Shown: positions 39,224 through 52,898 of the stretch, piece after piece
How positions within the stretch are numbered: position 1 is the stretch's first letter
How the letters are laid out: every line of letters begins with the position of its first letter
Source of the DNA: Octopus vulgaris
Taxonomy: Eukaryota
Direction: 5' to 3'
Assembly (NCBI GenBank): GCA_951406725.2
Contig: OX597817.1
Coordinates: 111,352,001 to 111,416,000, forward strand
Length of the DNA stretch: 64,000 nt
Notes under the pieces: generated by a model
What the model saw: only the letters and a program-made list of their open reading frames with translations
Database searches by the model: none
What the model was told of the DNA's origin: nothing
Position numbers and translations under genes: made by a program

Positions 39224-40249
39224 ATGAGCTGCATGTTGGATATCCTACTTATTACATGGTGTTCTAAGATTAATTAACACCCCTGCTTAAGCCAGCCTAC
39301 ACAAGCACTCTGTCTCCTCTTAAGCCATTCACCAAATTATATAAACTATATAGTCCTTCATTCTGCCTTGTTCTCAGTTTTAGGTCCTATGTTATCCTAC
39401 TCTATAAACTAACCCTCATGTCTTCAAGTTCCCTATTGATCACACTAATATCATTCATTTTCACATTAGATTGATTTGAAAGAATCTCTATAGAACAGCA
39501 GGGATATGTTCATATTTTACCACTTGGTGGTATGTAAAAGAAAAAGAAAACAAAAACAGGAAGTAAAAAAAAAATATTCATTGACTTTTCTTCCATGCTA
39601 ATGAAGCATTAACAATGAAATGGGCCCAGTCAACAAAAGTTGACTCAGTTTGATCTATTCATTCTAAATGTAGATTTAGATTAAGATGAAGTGATTTGCA
39701 TTCGGAAAACAGGAAGTATTTGTTATTCCTTATTTTTGATAATGATTTATTTCTATTAAACTCTACAAGCTTATACATGCAGACACATGGAGGTATGTAC
39801 ATAAATAGACATTGATACACACAAGTGTATAAATACTATTATTTGTTTGTATATTTCTTAGATAAAGAGTGTAGTTTACATAAAAAATGGACTAAATGAA
39901 TAAATACCCTTTTTTATCTCCCATAAACAGTTTCTTGAATAAGTAGATAAGGCCCTGCTTACTTACCAGTTATATTTTCTATTGCTGATAAGAGAATAAA
40001 TGTGAGATGTAATAACTTGTAAAGATATTGATGTTTTTATAACACACACAATATATATTTTCATGTATTGACTTCTGGCTTAACAAGAAACGTGGCTTGT
40101 TCTTTGTTCATTCTATGTCAATCTTTCTATGCTTGCATGGAGAAAGACTTACCACTGAGACATTATTTTACAGCTGGATGCTCTTCCTATCACTAATCCA
40201 TAGCTGTTTTCAAGTAAGAGGTTAGTTTATTGTTGTTGTTGTTAGAAGG

Positions 40250-40800
40250 GCAGTGAATTGGCAGAATCGTTAAAGCATTGGAGAAATTGCTTTGCAGTAT
40301 TTGTGCAGGCTCTTTACAGTCTAAGTTCAAATCCTATGGAGGTCACACTTACCTTTATCTCTCCAGGGTTGATAAAAACAAAGTACCACTTAAGTACTAA
40401 GGCCTTGTGATTATGCTTGAAACAGTTATTAAGATAGTGGACTAACAAATTCATGAGGGTCTAACACATTAATGTTCTGAGTTAAAATCTCACCAAGGTC
40501 AGTTTAGCTTTTCATCCATCCAGGGTTGCTAAAGTGAGTGCCAGTCAGGTACTAGGGTCAACTCCTTTCTCAAATTTGATACCTTATGTCTATGTTAGAA
40601 ATCATTATTATTATTACTGTTGTTACAAGAGTAGTGGATCAGCAATCTCTAGATCATTAGACAAAATACCTGCGGTATTTGCTCTTGCTCTATACATTCT
40701 GAGATCAAAATTCACCCAGGTGAACATTATCCTTCGTCCTTCTGGGTTCAGGAAAATACAATACCAGCCAAGTACTGAGGTCAATGATATTGACTAATCC
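40250..40800 (+). mobile_element. Cluster of three decayed family B SINEs
   Basis: Repeated (g)ttct(a/g)agtt(c)aaa..ggtca..cctt(t)catcc..gggttgataaa..gtacca motifs. Confidence 0.7.
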
Positions 40801-40909
40801 CCTCCCTGTTTTTTGCTTTTTAGAAATAATTACTGTTATTAAATCATTTTTGGTATTTTGGAATGGTCATCTTTGCTAATAACAAATACACCTCTTTATT
40901 ACATGCAGT

Positions 40910-41110
40910 CTAATAGCCTGTACACACTTGTTTGATCTGCAAGGAATAGCCTCCAGATCTTCTTAGATTACATCCTATTGTCGTTTAAAAAAGCAGGGAA
41001 ACATTGGATAACGTAGTCTTTGGTGAACTGTGACTAAAAAAAAAAAAAGGATGTGATGATCACAGCTTAGGTTTGTTGAATCAGAGCTGACATGAGAGTT
41101 AAACAACTAC
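40910..41110 (+). mobile_element. SINE-like family E with (AAC)-type tail
   Basis: ctgc.ag(a)aatagc..ccaaatct..cattggataa.gtagtc..gctga..aaacaac. Related copies at about 2940, 8915, 10500, 30135, 32590, 53405 and 60290. Confidence 0.65.
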
Positions 41111-41216
41111 ACTACTTCATTATTTATTTAGTTCTGAGTATGTTTTTGCATAAGGAAAATATTTGTTCATTCAATTATAATGTAAGTGGCTGAGTATTTC
41201 ACAGGCTGTGGTACCT

Positions 41217-41953
41217 TTAGCCCTTTAGCATTCAGATTTCTCTGTCAAATGCAATGATTATTCCCATTGATTTGAATTACTGTAAATCCTTGAGTATAAC
41301 TGCATTTTCCCCCCAAAATTTAAAGGTCAAAATCCCTAGTGCATACTATATACGAGGTTAGAAATAAAAATTATTTTCTAAGCAATGTCTTAGTCTCTAT
41401 TTGCTGTCTGGCTATGTGTATTCAGACGCATTTTGTGATGTCAGGCACGAAAATACCTTAAGCTAAGCCTGAAAGCAATGAAGTCATAAAAGGATCATCC
41501 ATAACTTGCAGTAAGTAACATTTATTAAATGTTATTACTGTTATTTCTTTATTTTCTGCAAACAAAATGCACAAAAAACTACACATTTGCATTATGTGAT
41601 ATATACAATAATAATAAAGGATGTTACCGAATACATTTTTACAAACCAAGGATGTTATAAAGACCCCATTGACTCAAGCTACAGAAGGGGATCTGTATTA
41701 TACACAAGGTTTAGGTTTTTCAGAGGTACAGCCCCCTAAAAATCCCCTGCGTATTATACTCAAGGGCGGACTATACTCGATGATTTACAGTAGTTAAGTA
41801 TTACCTTGTAGCTTTGAGATTTCAATGATGTGATTGTTTATTTTTAGAATAATATTGTAGGAGATGTGTGAGAGGCTAGATCAAGTCAGTTTGAAGATAA
41901 AACAGGTAGAATATTTTGGCCAGATAAAGCAGGTTTGAATGCTAAAGGGTTAA
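41217..41953. mobile_element. piggyBac-type MITE family 1 split by a nested insertion
   Basis: ttag-ccctttagcattcag (41221-41277) resumes at about 41793 and runs to gaatgctaaaggg-TTAA. Confidence 0.85.
41280..41790. mobile_element. Tc1/pogo-superfamily MITE with TA TSD
   Basis: TA-ctgtaaatccttgagtata ... tatactcgatgatttacag-TA (19-bp TIR, 2 mismatches). Repeated subterminal tata(c)..a(a)gg motifs. Confidence 0.85.
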
Positions 41954-42530
41954 TGTAATCAATAGGTTAAGTGAAGAATGATAAGGTTGATCCACTGAAT
42001 TACAAATACAGGTCTATTCACCGGATTTACACATAGTTTCCAGTATTCAAATTTCTTTGATAGGAATTAGGTCAACCCATAGTAGAATTAGAAGAGGCTC
42101 GCTGAGTGTACCACTTAATGGGATTGCACCTCAGATTTCATGATTGCAAAGCAATATTTTTAACAATTTAGCAACGCCTACACTTAATACTGTGCAGCTG
42201 TAACACACACAAGCATATATACTAATTGATCTATTTTTAATGTCAGTGGAGTAATGTGTGTAGTGTGTTATTGCTGCTAGAAATATCTCCTTAATCTCTC
42301 TCGAAAAGCTTAAAAAACAAAAGGCACATGAGATAATGTGACCCCAGATATAATGTTTATGAAAACGAAAAAAGAAATGTTCAAATGGCCATAACTGGAA
42401 TGCATCTTCACCATAAATCCACTTGTTCAGAACTGAACTGATTCTAAACAACTTACACATACACACACACAAACACATAATGTTGTGGTTATTTCTTTAG
42501 TAACATACTTGTTTGTAGAATGGAAATGTA

Positions 42531-43348
42531 TTGGGTCAGCCCATAAATAATGCAATTTTTTTATACTTCTTTTATTGTTCAAAATCATAGTCTCTTTTAT
42601 TTTCTACAATGCTCTTCCATCTATCTAATAGACTTGCAAGGCCCACTTCCAAAATTCACTTGTCCATGTTGAAAAATACTGTTCCACTACTGTTCTGACC
42701 TCGTCTACAGAATTCACATTTCTTCCGTCCAAATGATTTTGAAGACTGCAGAATAAATGATAATCAGATGGGGCAATGTCCGACAAATATTCATACTGTG
42801 CCAGCCTATGGAATGTGTATTTGGCTGAGCATTATCCTAATGGAAGAACACCTTTCATCTTGAAACCAAGGATGATTTCTAGTGCTGGTATTGATGAATG
42901 ATTGAATGACCAAATCCAAGCTTTTCTGCTAGTTTCTCAACAGTTACAATGAGATTTTGTTCCACCAGGGTTTGCTGATGTTCGTATCGAGCTCTACAGA
43001 TCTTCCAAGACAAGTCTTGTCTTCTAGGCTGTAGTTTCCAGCTCAGAATTTCCGGAACCACCATTGACACTGGCTTACGCTTATTGTCCAATCCCCATAT
43101 ACTGCAGTAATATTCCTCGCACTTTCCATTACGTTGTTGCCTTTATTGAATATGCCAAATATGCTCTTTTGTCACTTCCATTATAGTTTTGAAAAAATAA
43201 CTGTTAAAATCTAATTGCACTAAGAATAAGTACAAGGTAAAATTACTACCTGCTTTTATAGCAAGTTGATGCAGGTAATTCATCCTGTCCCCCTCCGACT
43301 TTTAGTTCATGCAATTGAAAAAACTGCATTATTTATGGGATGACCCAA
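42531..43348 (-). mobile_element. Internally deleted mariner with both TIRs and TA TSD
   Basis: TA-ttgggtcagcccataaataatgca ... tgcattatttatgggatgacccaa-TA. Relic motifs LAEKLGFGHS, FH*DNAQP and YLSDIAPSDYHLF; same family as 36205-36804. Confidence 0.95.
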
Positions 43349-43864
43349 TATTATCCAATCTGTTCTTTAATTTTTCTGGATACATCATAATCACAACTGA
43401 TGTGATATTCTTTTTTTTCATATATAGTATTTTCACTATGTCAAAACGTTGCCATTATCCCTCACATGGCCAACACTATCAGTATGTTTGTATTACTTAG
43501 TAGGCAAATAGACCGACATATGAAGGAATATTAAAAATACGCATCATAAAGTTATTGTGTGACAGATGAATTATTCAGTGTTCATCAAAACAGCTTTGAA
43601 TTAAAAAAAAAAAATGGAAAAAAATTATCTGGTATTGAAAGAATTTCAGAGATCTCACCTTTTAAGATATTTGGTTATGCTATCTCACTAGCTATAAATC
43701 CAAGATAACGCTATAGGACACAGATGGTTGATATGCTTAATAGTCAAACATTTTCACTGGTGATCTTTATTACCTCTGCCTTACTTAGGCACTGAATATT
43801 TATAAATATTGTTGGACGAACCTTTGCATTATTTATATAATGTCCTTCCCATTCATATTATATA

Positions 43865-43912
<48 letters not shown>

Positions 43913-45315
43913 CTGAAACTTCCATTCTAAAATGGAATTTTACTTGATAATTTTCAATTCACTTTCCATTATTATTATATCCATTTATAAATGTTTTCTT
44001 TTAATATATCTGAGTTGAGAATGTTTTTCCAAGTTGGATTTGCAACATAATGTCATTTCACTGTTAAAAAAAAATCTTAATATTTATATTGTTACATGGG
44101 GAAATGAACGAACGCCACACATTCCTTTTCACTTACTGACCTAATTTACAGAATCAAAGGATACCAATTTTACTTAAGTGATTTATTCGTTCACAGAAGT
44201 TTGGTCGTTTAATAAATATATTTTTACATGCTTTCCTTAAAATAGTAATGTAGATGCTTTAAATACATTTCCTCACACGCGCATCAGCACACGTACTTAT
44301 TTTACCTCCCTAATGGAATTTGGTTTTCTCACTGATTTTCTTGGAAGGAATTCAATGTTCTCCCTCACATGCTGTTTGGATCCAGTCTTAGAGGCTGGTC
44401 GCTATTGATTTCTTATTTATGTCTGAAGTCTATAGAAGAGAAGGGATTAATGGGGAGGAGGAGGAGATTTCTTGCATGCTTTCCAAATCGCAGAACGGTG
44501 CAAATAAAGGAAAATACTTACAAGCTAGAATCGAAACCGGCTTGCCAAATGTTTATTTCTAATCTTAGGCGTTCTGTTCATTAATAATCAAACACAGTAG
44601 TCGATGTCAGAATTAAATAAGATCTGCATGTTTATCATTTCGGAAGACACCTACTTGAACCAATATTATTTGTTAATAAGATATGTTAACATAGAGGAGA
44701 TGGAAAGTGGAGACTTTATTTACCTTGCTGATAAAAGAAATTAAGTAAATAACACCCTTTTGGGGTTGATTTATGTCCCCTTCATTCATTTTTTCTCGTT
44801 ATTTTCTGTAACGTGTGGGAGGTTTGTTTATCTGGGTTTTTTTGTTCAGGTGGTGATAGCGTGGATGGGTGAAATAAATAAATAAATAAATGTTATACAC
44901 TCATTGCCAGATTTATCATGCATAGTAAATCCCGCTGAAAAACAAAGCTTGTCGTCTAGTGAGAAGGGGTAGAGGGAACAAAGCACTTGTCCTCTGCTAC
45001 TGTTATTATTACTGCTATAGCGGCTGCTGCCAGGTAGCGCTGTGTTAGCTTCAAAAGCTCTACCCCCTCTCCCCTCCTTCTTTACTAACACGGTGACACC
45101 GAGAATAGGCATGTACTTTGGTAAATGTCTCACTAGGGAAAGTCGTGAGGAACGTAAGTAAGTTCAGACACTTTTCTATACCATGCTGCAGATGCTGATG
45201 CTGCTTGGACTACATCGGAAAGCTTTTTTGCTAAGATAAAACAAAGAAAAGAAAAAGTGTTTTGCTTCTTAAAGTCTTTCTTTTAATGCGTTATTCGGAG
45301 CTAGTGACTTTCTGC

Positions 45316-45457
45316 ATGAACCTCCATACCTCCAATGACAAATCATTCGATGATATAATCTCATTCCCTTCACCCTTTTCCAATTCCATAAACATGGAGC
45401 TGGAATTCTGTGACTATTTCAGTAACCGTTGGAATAATACTTCAGTTCACTTTCTTG
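45316..45457 (+). CDS. Possible first coding exon (speculative)
   Basis: ATG..MNLHTSNDKSFDDIISFPSPFSNSINMELEFCDYFSNRWNNTSVHFL, then donor TTG|GTATGT (phase 1), inside the CpG-retaining region. No homology recognised. Confidence 0.25.
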
Positions 45458-46711
45458 GTATGTACTTATTTCGAACTGATTGTTACCTTTTTGCCTTTTA
45501 TTTATACTAAAAATGTTGATTAAATTCTTCCGTGAGTTTACTTCCTGATGTGTGTGTGTTTCTTATGTTGCATGGAATTGTTACAAATGAACCTGAGAAG
45601 AGAAGGGACTCCTTTGAAGTAGATGATGTAAAATAGAAACAGATTATGTATCATATTAGACTTAGTTGTGTTGTTTTGCCATTTCAAAACTCCTTGTCAC
45701 TTAATATACTCGCTGATTGATAATACCTTCTCAAGATAACTATCAAAAATACCTGTATATTTGATTTATATTTCTAAAGTCTGGTAATTGCAGTAGGAAT
45801 GTCCCCCCTCCCCTACTACATTATTGATTATTATATAGTAGGCTATTCTTTAAGAATACACCCTGAAAATATTCCAGACATCATTTGCCTAACTATTATT
45901 TTCATTTACAATTTTATTTGGGGGGTTGCTTAGGTAATATTGCTTTCAAAATGAAAATTTAATAAACGCTTAAAGATTTCAAAATAATGCACGAACAGAA
46001 ATTTTTTGGTAATAATTGTTACTTGGAACCGATTTCATTTAATGGTCAATTTCTTTATGCAGAAATATTGGTTAATATAAAGATCTTCACCCTAGAACAA
46101 AAAAATTATATAGACTAATTTTGGAATCTTTTATTATTTTGACATCTTAAACCAGTGTATTGTATAACTTTTAATTCCGTAAAGCTGAAAGAACAACTTG
46201 AAAGTAACAGAAGGAAGGAAAATATACTTAAACCATTCTAATTTTAACTGAATAAAACTTTTTTGTATTCAAATATTGATATTGATTTAAATTAATTTAT
46301 TATAATACCTTCCGATACTACATTAAAGAATGTCCTTGTGTAGAGTAAAATTTTCCATTGCTTGCAAATTACACTCTTATTTCCTCTCAATGAAATCTCT
46401 AAAACAAAATCTATAGTTGCTAAACAATTAATTATAGCTCGTTCTTTAAAGAAATGCAGAGACGAGAGTGGGAGAATAACAAAGTAAAATTAGCCGTAAA
46501 CATTCTTAAAAAGAAAGTTGTGACACATTCTCGGTTTTGGGGCCAGTTCCCTTAAATTAAAGCTGCTGTTCAGGTACTATAGTGCTAGTAGCTTCAATTT
46601 AGGAATTACCAAACGACATTTTCAAATAGATGTCATATTGACATTTAGTCACCTGCAGCCCCACAGAACACCTGTCACAGTTAATTGACGAAAGGGATCT
46701 TTTCTTAACTG

Positions 46712-46762
46712 ATGGCAGACGACTTCGTTGTGGCTTCTTCGATTCCTTCTGAATTCGTCTTG
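46712..46762 (+). CDS. Possible short first coding exon (speculative)
   Basis: ATG GCA GAC GAC..MADDFVVASSIPSEFVL, then weak donor TTG|GTGGGA (phase 0, compatible with the exon at 57566). Confidence 0.2.
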
Positions 46763-47742
46763 GTGGGAGAAAAAAGTTTATCTTACTGGCTCCTGGGTGT
46801 TAAATTCGATATTACTACTGTTGATAATAACAAATATATAGATTTTTAAAACTCGTCTTTAAATATATCGAGACTGACATCATTTATTAAACTCTACTGT
46901 ATTTTTTTCTTTATTTCCATTAAAATTATATTTTCCTGTATATCGTATGTGTTTTGGTACAAAAATAGATACTCATTTACTTGTGAACACAAATATGCGC
47001 AACGTTTAAACTAGATTTCTTGTGCGTGTGTGTGTGCTGGATTGGCTATTTTACAAACGTTTGGAATAAAAATAATGTAGATGTGAATTGAGAGATGTGG
47101 AATAAGACAACTATAGTCTGTTAGCATGGTTGGAATATTCAGCTGTAGAAAATTATCACCCTTGTTGTCATGGCATTCACTACTTCGGTTGTAGCTGTTG
47201 CTGCTACTACTACAAGTTCCAGTTTTGTAATTCAATAGTCTCTCCATGACTTCCTGTGGAAAATCTAACAGAAACCGCTGTTATCAATTTCGACAGAACC
47301 AGCATGTCATAAAAGAATGACAGATCTGAAACGATAATTTTCTTCATTTTTGATTTGGTTTCTTAACAACTTTGGTAATTATTGGAGTTCTTTGTTTTCG
47401 TGATGAGTGTTTTCTTAAATATCTCCCAGTTTTCTATTTTTTTTATTTTTGCAGACCCCTCGGTTAAGTTCCCACCCAGTTTTATTGTTTGCCTGTTAGT
47501 CAGTTACCTACTAGATCTTTACTTAGACTTCTGCTCACAGCATTGAGAAAAAGCCGGCGAATTTTCTTTATGTGTATTACAACCACCATTTCTTCACTCA
47601 CCCCTCCCACTGTCTGTGAAGTTTCTATTGTTAAAAAAAAGCACTAAGGAGGAAATGTGTGTGGGATTGGTTTATATACAACAATAGATGTTAACTCATT
47701 CTTAATATTAAATCGTATGTGTTGTATATGCGTTGTCTGTGT

Positions 47743-47744
<2 letters not shown>

Positions 47745-47785
<41 letters not shown>

Positions 47786-47804
47786 GTGTATATATATGAG
47801 CGTT

Positions 47805-47872
<68 letters not shown>
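47745..47872. repeat. Interrupted (TA)n microsatellite
   Basis: Directly visible. Confidence 0.95.
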
Positions 47873-47876
<4 letters not shown>

Positions 47877-50800
47877 TGAGAGAGACTAATTTTGTTATAA
47901 TTTCAGTTATACTTAGGGAATTTTAATTTTTCTGTTATATCAAAGGATCAATTAGAATATACTTTTGTGTACGTGTGTAATGTAGGTGGTGGGGGGATGA
48001 AAGATAGATCTTTATACAGTTGAAAATATACTTTGAATCTCTGAAGTTACTTTCATTTTTTTTTTAAAGCTATTCAGTTACTTTATTATTTGATTACTTA
48101 AACAAAAGCAAAAGAAAGCATTAGTGGGACTAGTTTGTAATTCTTGTACATACATTGTTTCAGAATTATTTTTTTTTAATTCAGGTTCCAAGAAATCCTG
48201 AATCTTGAGTTGAATTTTATTTTTCTTGTAGTTTGAAATAACGTTCGCATTAAATTTATTTAAAAAAATACATATTAAAAATTATATTTTATATTCATTT
48301 CGGAACAAAATATCACAAGATATGTTGCCTGTGTCTGTAAACATGATGATGATAAACACACTCACATACCACTGAGTAAGAAGAGTTATAAATTGACTCT
48401 CGGAGCTGCACAAGTTTATTTCCAATTAATAATATGTAGACAATTTATAGAACATGTATACTTATATAACTTTGGCACCTATTTTTTGATTACTATTATG
48501 GGTAAATGGACAGTTGAATCATTATTTGGTTAAATAGTTGAATGTCTTGTTTCAATAACTTATTTCACAAAGAAAATAGATGACCATCTCATAAACTGTG
48601 AGTAGATGTCTTGGAACACATGAAGTTTAATATATAGATGAGTTGTGATGGTAGTTTGGAGACAAAGACTTATTACATGGTTTATTAAGCTGTCCCGAAA
48701 TAATATTTGGACATATTATCATTTGGTTCCCTTCAGTATTCATAGAAAGGAAGATTTAACTGATATATCTTTGGAATTATAACAAGAATAAATGAAGTTA
48801 TATGAAAATATTTCTGTCAACATCTAAGCGTTTTATGCTGCTGTAAATTGAACTACTGTCTCTGCTGCTATCAAGAGAAAAGAAACATATGCACATGTGT
48901 GTGTGCACGCAGTGACACGTGCCTGCATAGCCAGACATGCACACAGTTGCACTCACACACATGTAGACACTTATACCACATGATTTTATATCAGAGAATT
49001 TACTACCATTTCTTAAGTTCTGTTGTAGAAGTGCTTTTGCTTTCTTGATCAGCTGTAAGGTTTAAGCTACGCTGAGTCAGCAGCAACCCCTAATTTATTG
49101 TTGAAATCCCTTTTGAAATGATTTTCTTATTCAAACGGGATGAAGCAGCACTATCTAATGACACATTAGTAGTACTGAATAAAACAATATTTATGCATGT
49201 GTGAGATCAATATATGAATAAATAGTCCCAACAAGTGTTTGGTTAAACAATGTTTGTGATTCTAAAATTAGTTGGCTTGGCATCTATTTATGTTCAACAT
49301 ATTCTAAAACTCAGAGATATAGAGAGAATGAAGTTCAGTATCATGGGACTGGCTTTATTTTTTTCAATTCTCCATAAGTAGGGACTTCAAATTGTATTTA
49401 TTTGAATAGAGGACAAGCCTGTAGCTTGTAGTTTTCAGCTCACATTTTCTATATTTATTTTTTACATTGACTCTAAGCATCATTTTATAAGGGAGACTCT
49501 ATAGTAGATTGAATTGACCCCTACACATGACTTATTTTGCTGAAAGACTGTCAACTGAGGTAAGGTTAAATTCAGAATGTGAATGGTTAATTATAAGACA
49601 TTTAGTTTAGTGATTAACCATTTCTAACATACTACATTAACAATAAAGAAATAAACAATTTGGGGTCATTTTTACCCATGCAGACATACCTATATGCATT
49701 TTCAATATTTACTGTTTCCTTTTCTTCTCTGAGTTAACCAGTTTTCTAATGCCCTTTAATAATAATTTGTAAATTTAGATGCCTAGTTATTAACTTGCAA
49801 CTGAAATAGCAATTTTTCAAATGAAAATTTACCAAAATTTTGAATTCCTACTTTTCTGATTTAGCCACCATGAAACATCAATGAAATGCTATAAGTTCTA
49901 CAATTGTTGTAGAAAACCTTAATTATTTAAAACAAATTTCATACAGAAATGTATTTTAATTTTTGAAAATCAACCTCCCACATTTATGTATTTATATACA
50001 TGTGTGGTTGGAGATGTCATTCTGTCAGCTGATGAAGATTAGCAGCAGTAATGGTCCATTTAACACAGCACTTGATTGAGGAATTACCTATTCTTGTTGA
50101 CCTAATTCTTCTTAGAAAATTGTAGCAGAAACCCTTTTTTCCTCTTTATTGTTACATTCCAATTTCTTTTTGTTCTTATTTCCATCATTTGATCTTTACT
50201 TCCCCTTATTCCACTTATTCATTTCCAGTTTGTTGGTTGGTGTACATACTGCATGGATATTTCTTAATACTTTCCTCGCATTCATCTCTCCCATCATATT
50301 TACATCTGTTATGAGCAAGCATAGAAATCCTTTTCCCTTTTTGTCTCCTCTATCATCGTTATTATCATCATGGTATCAGTTAGATGCATGGAATATTGAA
50401 GTAATCAACTGATCGTATCTGCAGCCATTCTTCTCACATATCTGTAGTTGCTAGTTAATGTTCAGTGGTAGAGGGAGGGTGACCTACCTGTAATAGAAGT
50501 ATGCCAGTGATGACAATGTGAAGAAAGCATGTCTTTCTGAGAGGATGTCGTAAAGAAAGGGATCATGTTGAACTGGATGTAAATTATTGGAAACTAAACA
50601 AAATATTGATAAATTTTCCGAGTAATTGATTTTCTATATATTTCCAGTTTGTCATACTTCACCTTCTCCATTTTTTATTCATTTAAGTGAAGTGATAAGA
50701 GTTAAAGGAGCAGAAGAATTGAGGCACTCTCTTCACACATTCTTTTATGTTAATGTCATTTTTTGCTTCAGAACATAAATCAATAACGTAGGGAGAATTA

Positions 50801-52642
50801 AGGGATTTCTGAAAATGCTTGAGGAACTAAAAAATGCAGTACTTTCTATAATGATACCATGTTAACAGATCTAATTCGTAAAGGCATTGATATTTCCTTG
50901 CAAGACATCTGCTTAGTTATTTGTGTTTTATATGAATACCAAAATATAATTCTGCAAAATCACATGAAAAACAAGTGTATTTTCATATATTTAGGAGGAA
51001 CTGGTACTAAATATCAGTGGGTATTGGATTTGATGGGCAAAAATGACTCTGAAAATCTACCATTGTTAGAATTTTAATGACCTCATAATTTTCTTTCTAC
51101 TTAGGTGTTTAAAATAATTCCCAATAATAAATGAAACTCAAAAGAGTTCTTAATTAATTCTGTCTTAATGCAATCAGAAGAGACCATTTAAATTATAACA
51201 TCATGTTATCTCTTGTGTGTGTTTGAGAGAGAGAGAGAATTATGGAAACGAATTTAATCATTATAAATTTCTATGATTTAAAAAGGTATAGGGAGCACTG
51301 TTGAATTTGCAATTGTTCATTTAGCTGCAGTGCCAACATAGAATCATTTTGTGGACTATTAAGAGAGTTAATCACTCATTGAGGAATACTGCTAATTAAC
51401 AAAAGCCAGGCAGTTGTCTCTACATTTATTACTACATTTTGAGAGAAGGTGATATGATGAGTATTCAAAGAATGTATTGCTAAATAGTCATTGTTCTCAA
51501 GGAGATGCTATAGCACAGAGACTATTTGATAACAGATTGCATGAAGGTAACCCTTAGAGTCATTTCAAGGAATTTTTCTTATATAGAAAACAATTATTTA
51601 GAGATTTAGTGCTTTAGTTGTTAAGAGGGAGGCCAAGTGCACTCTAAGCTTATGAAATAGAATACCTGACTTGTGAATTGTGATAGAGGTAAAATATGAG
51701 ATATATTTTCTAACCTGAGCAGAAGTTTTGAAAGGTAGCTGTAGTCAATTATAACCACTTCAGTATTTGACTGGTATAGTGTGTTGAATTTGGAACATTG
51801 AGGACTGTAACAAAGCACTGATTCTGTTATGATCCATACTAGGCTTCCCATTTATTGGTCAAGTTGAAATTAGTCTTTTGACTCAGAACAGGACACTTAA
51901 TTCTTTGTGCTGCATGTAGCCATGTGTGAAGAATACCAAATCTACTAGAAACTTTATATATGCATTAGACTTGCATTTAATCAGAGAATAGATTAAAATT
52001 CTCATCTTGTTGACACTAGATAATATAAGAACGAAACTCTAATCTGGAAGGTACTTCAGGGTAGAAATACTCAATGTTGTATGGAATGGTAGCACTAGCA
52101 TGGTGAGAATGGTCTAACATCAGACTCATTTGCACTACATACACAATAAAAGTATAGAGTTTTCAGTCATGCCTCAATGACCAAATTGGAATATGGAGTT
52201 TATCAATATTGGATTGCAATTTAGACTTATAGTTTGTAGTATTTTGGGGATTAGTAGTTTCTTTGTTACTGAACACTTGTATTCTCTCCCCCCCCCCCTC
52301 TCTTTAAAAAAAGACTACTGGTTACAATTTCCTTTGTAACTTTAGACCAACCACTAAATTGTGATCAATTTCCACATACTGAGTTTTTGGAATCTGTTAT
52401 AGTTTCCACTGAGTTTTTCTGTATAATGCTGGCTCTTTGTTTCCTCAAAGCATGTCACTTCAAGCATGTTCATCTAAGGACCTTCTTGTTTCAAGTCTGA
52501 AGCAACAACTTGCTTCTGTGTCTTCTAAGAAATTACCTTCTTTAATGGAATATAGAACAAGATGTATAGAATTGTCTGCTTAATTACCACAAAAACTCAT
52601 TTGTATTCTTTCTTTGTAAGCATTTTGTACAAATATGGATAT

Positions 52643-52860
52643 CTAACACTTTAGCATTCATATTATTCTGTTGAAAGTAATGCTTATTTATGCATATTGT
52701 CTTGAATTAGCTTGTAGCATTGAGATTTTGATGAAGTAACTTAATTTTTACAATGATATTGTAGGGTTGATGTGAGAGGCCAGATGTCACCTATCACATC
52801 GACATAAAACAAGTAGAACACTTTGGCTGGATATGGCCAGTTTCAATGCTAAAGGGTTAA
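52643..52860. mobile_element. piggyBac-type MITE family 1
   Basis: ctaa-cactttagcattca...aatgctaaaggg-TTAA. Confidence 0.8.
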
Positions 52861-52865
52861 ATCAT

Positions 52866-52898
<33 letters not shown>

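Larger units (their letters stand above)
43480..48400. promoter_or_regulatory. Transposon-poor, CpG-retaining region; candidate promoter or first-exon domain
   Basis: CpGs are frequent in unique sequence (e.g. 44990-45300, 46440-46900, 47230-47570), and no copies of the SINE/MITE families abundant elsewhere were seen. Confidence 0.55.

Noticed and set aside
47011-47247. Minus-strand 78-aa ORF in the CpG-retaining region
   Set aside because: Low complexity, no recognisable domain or splice support, and it runs into a (CA)n repeat.
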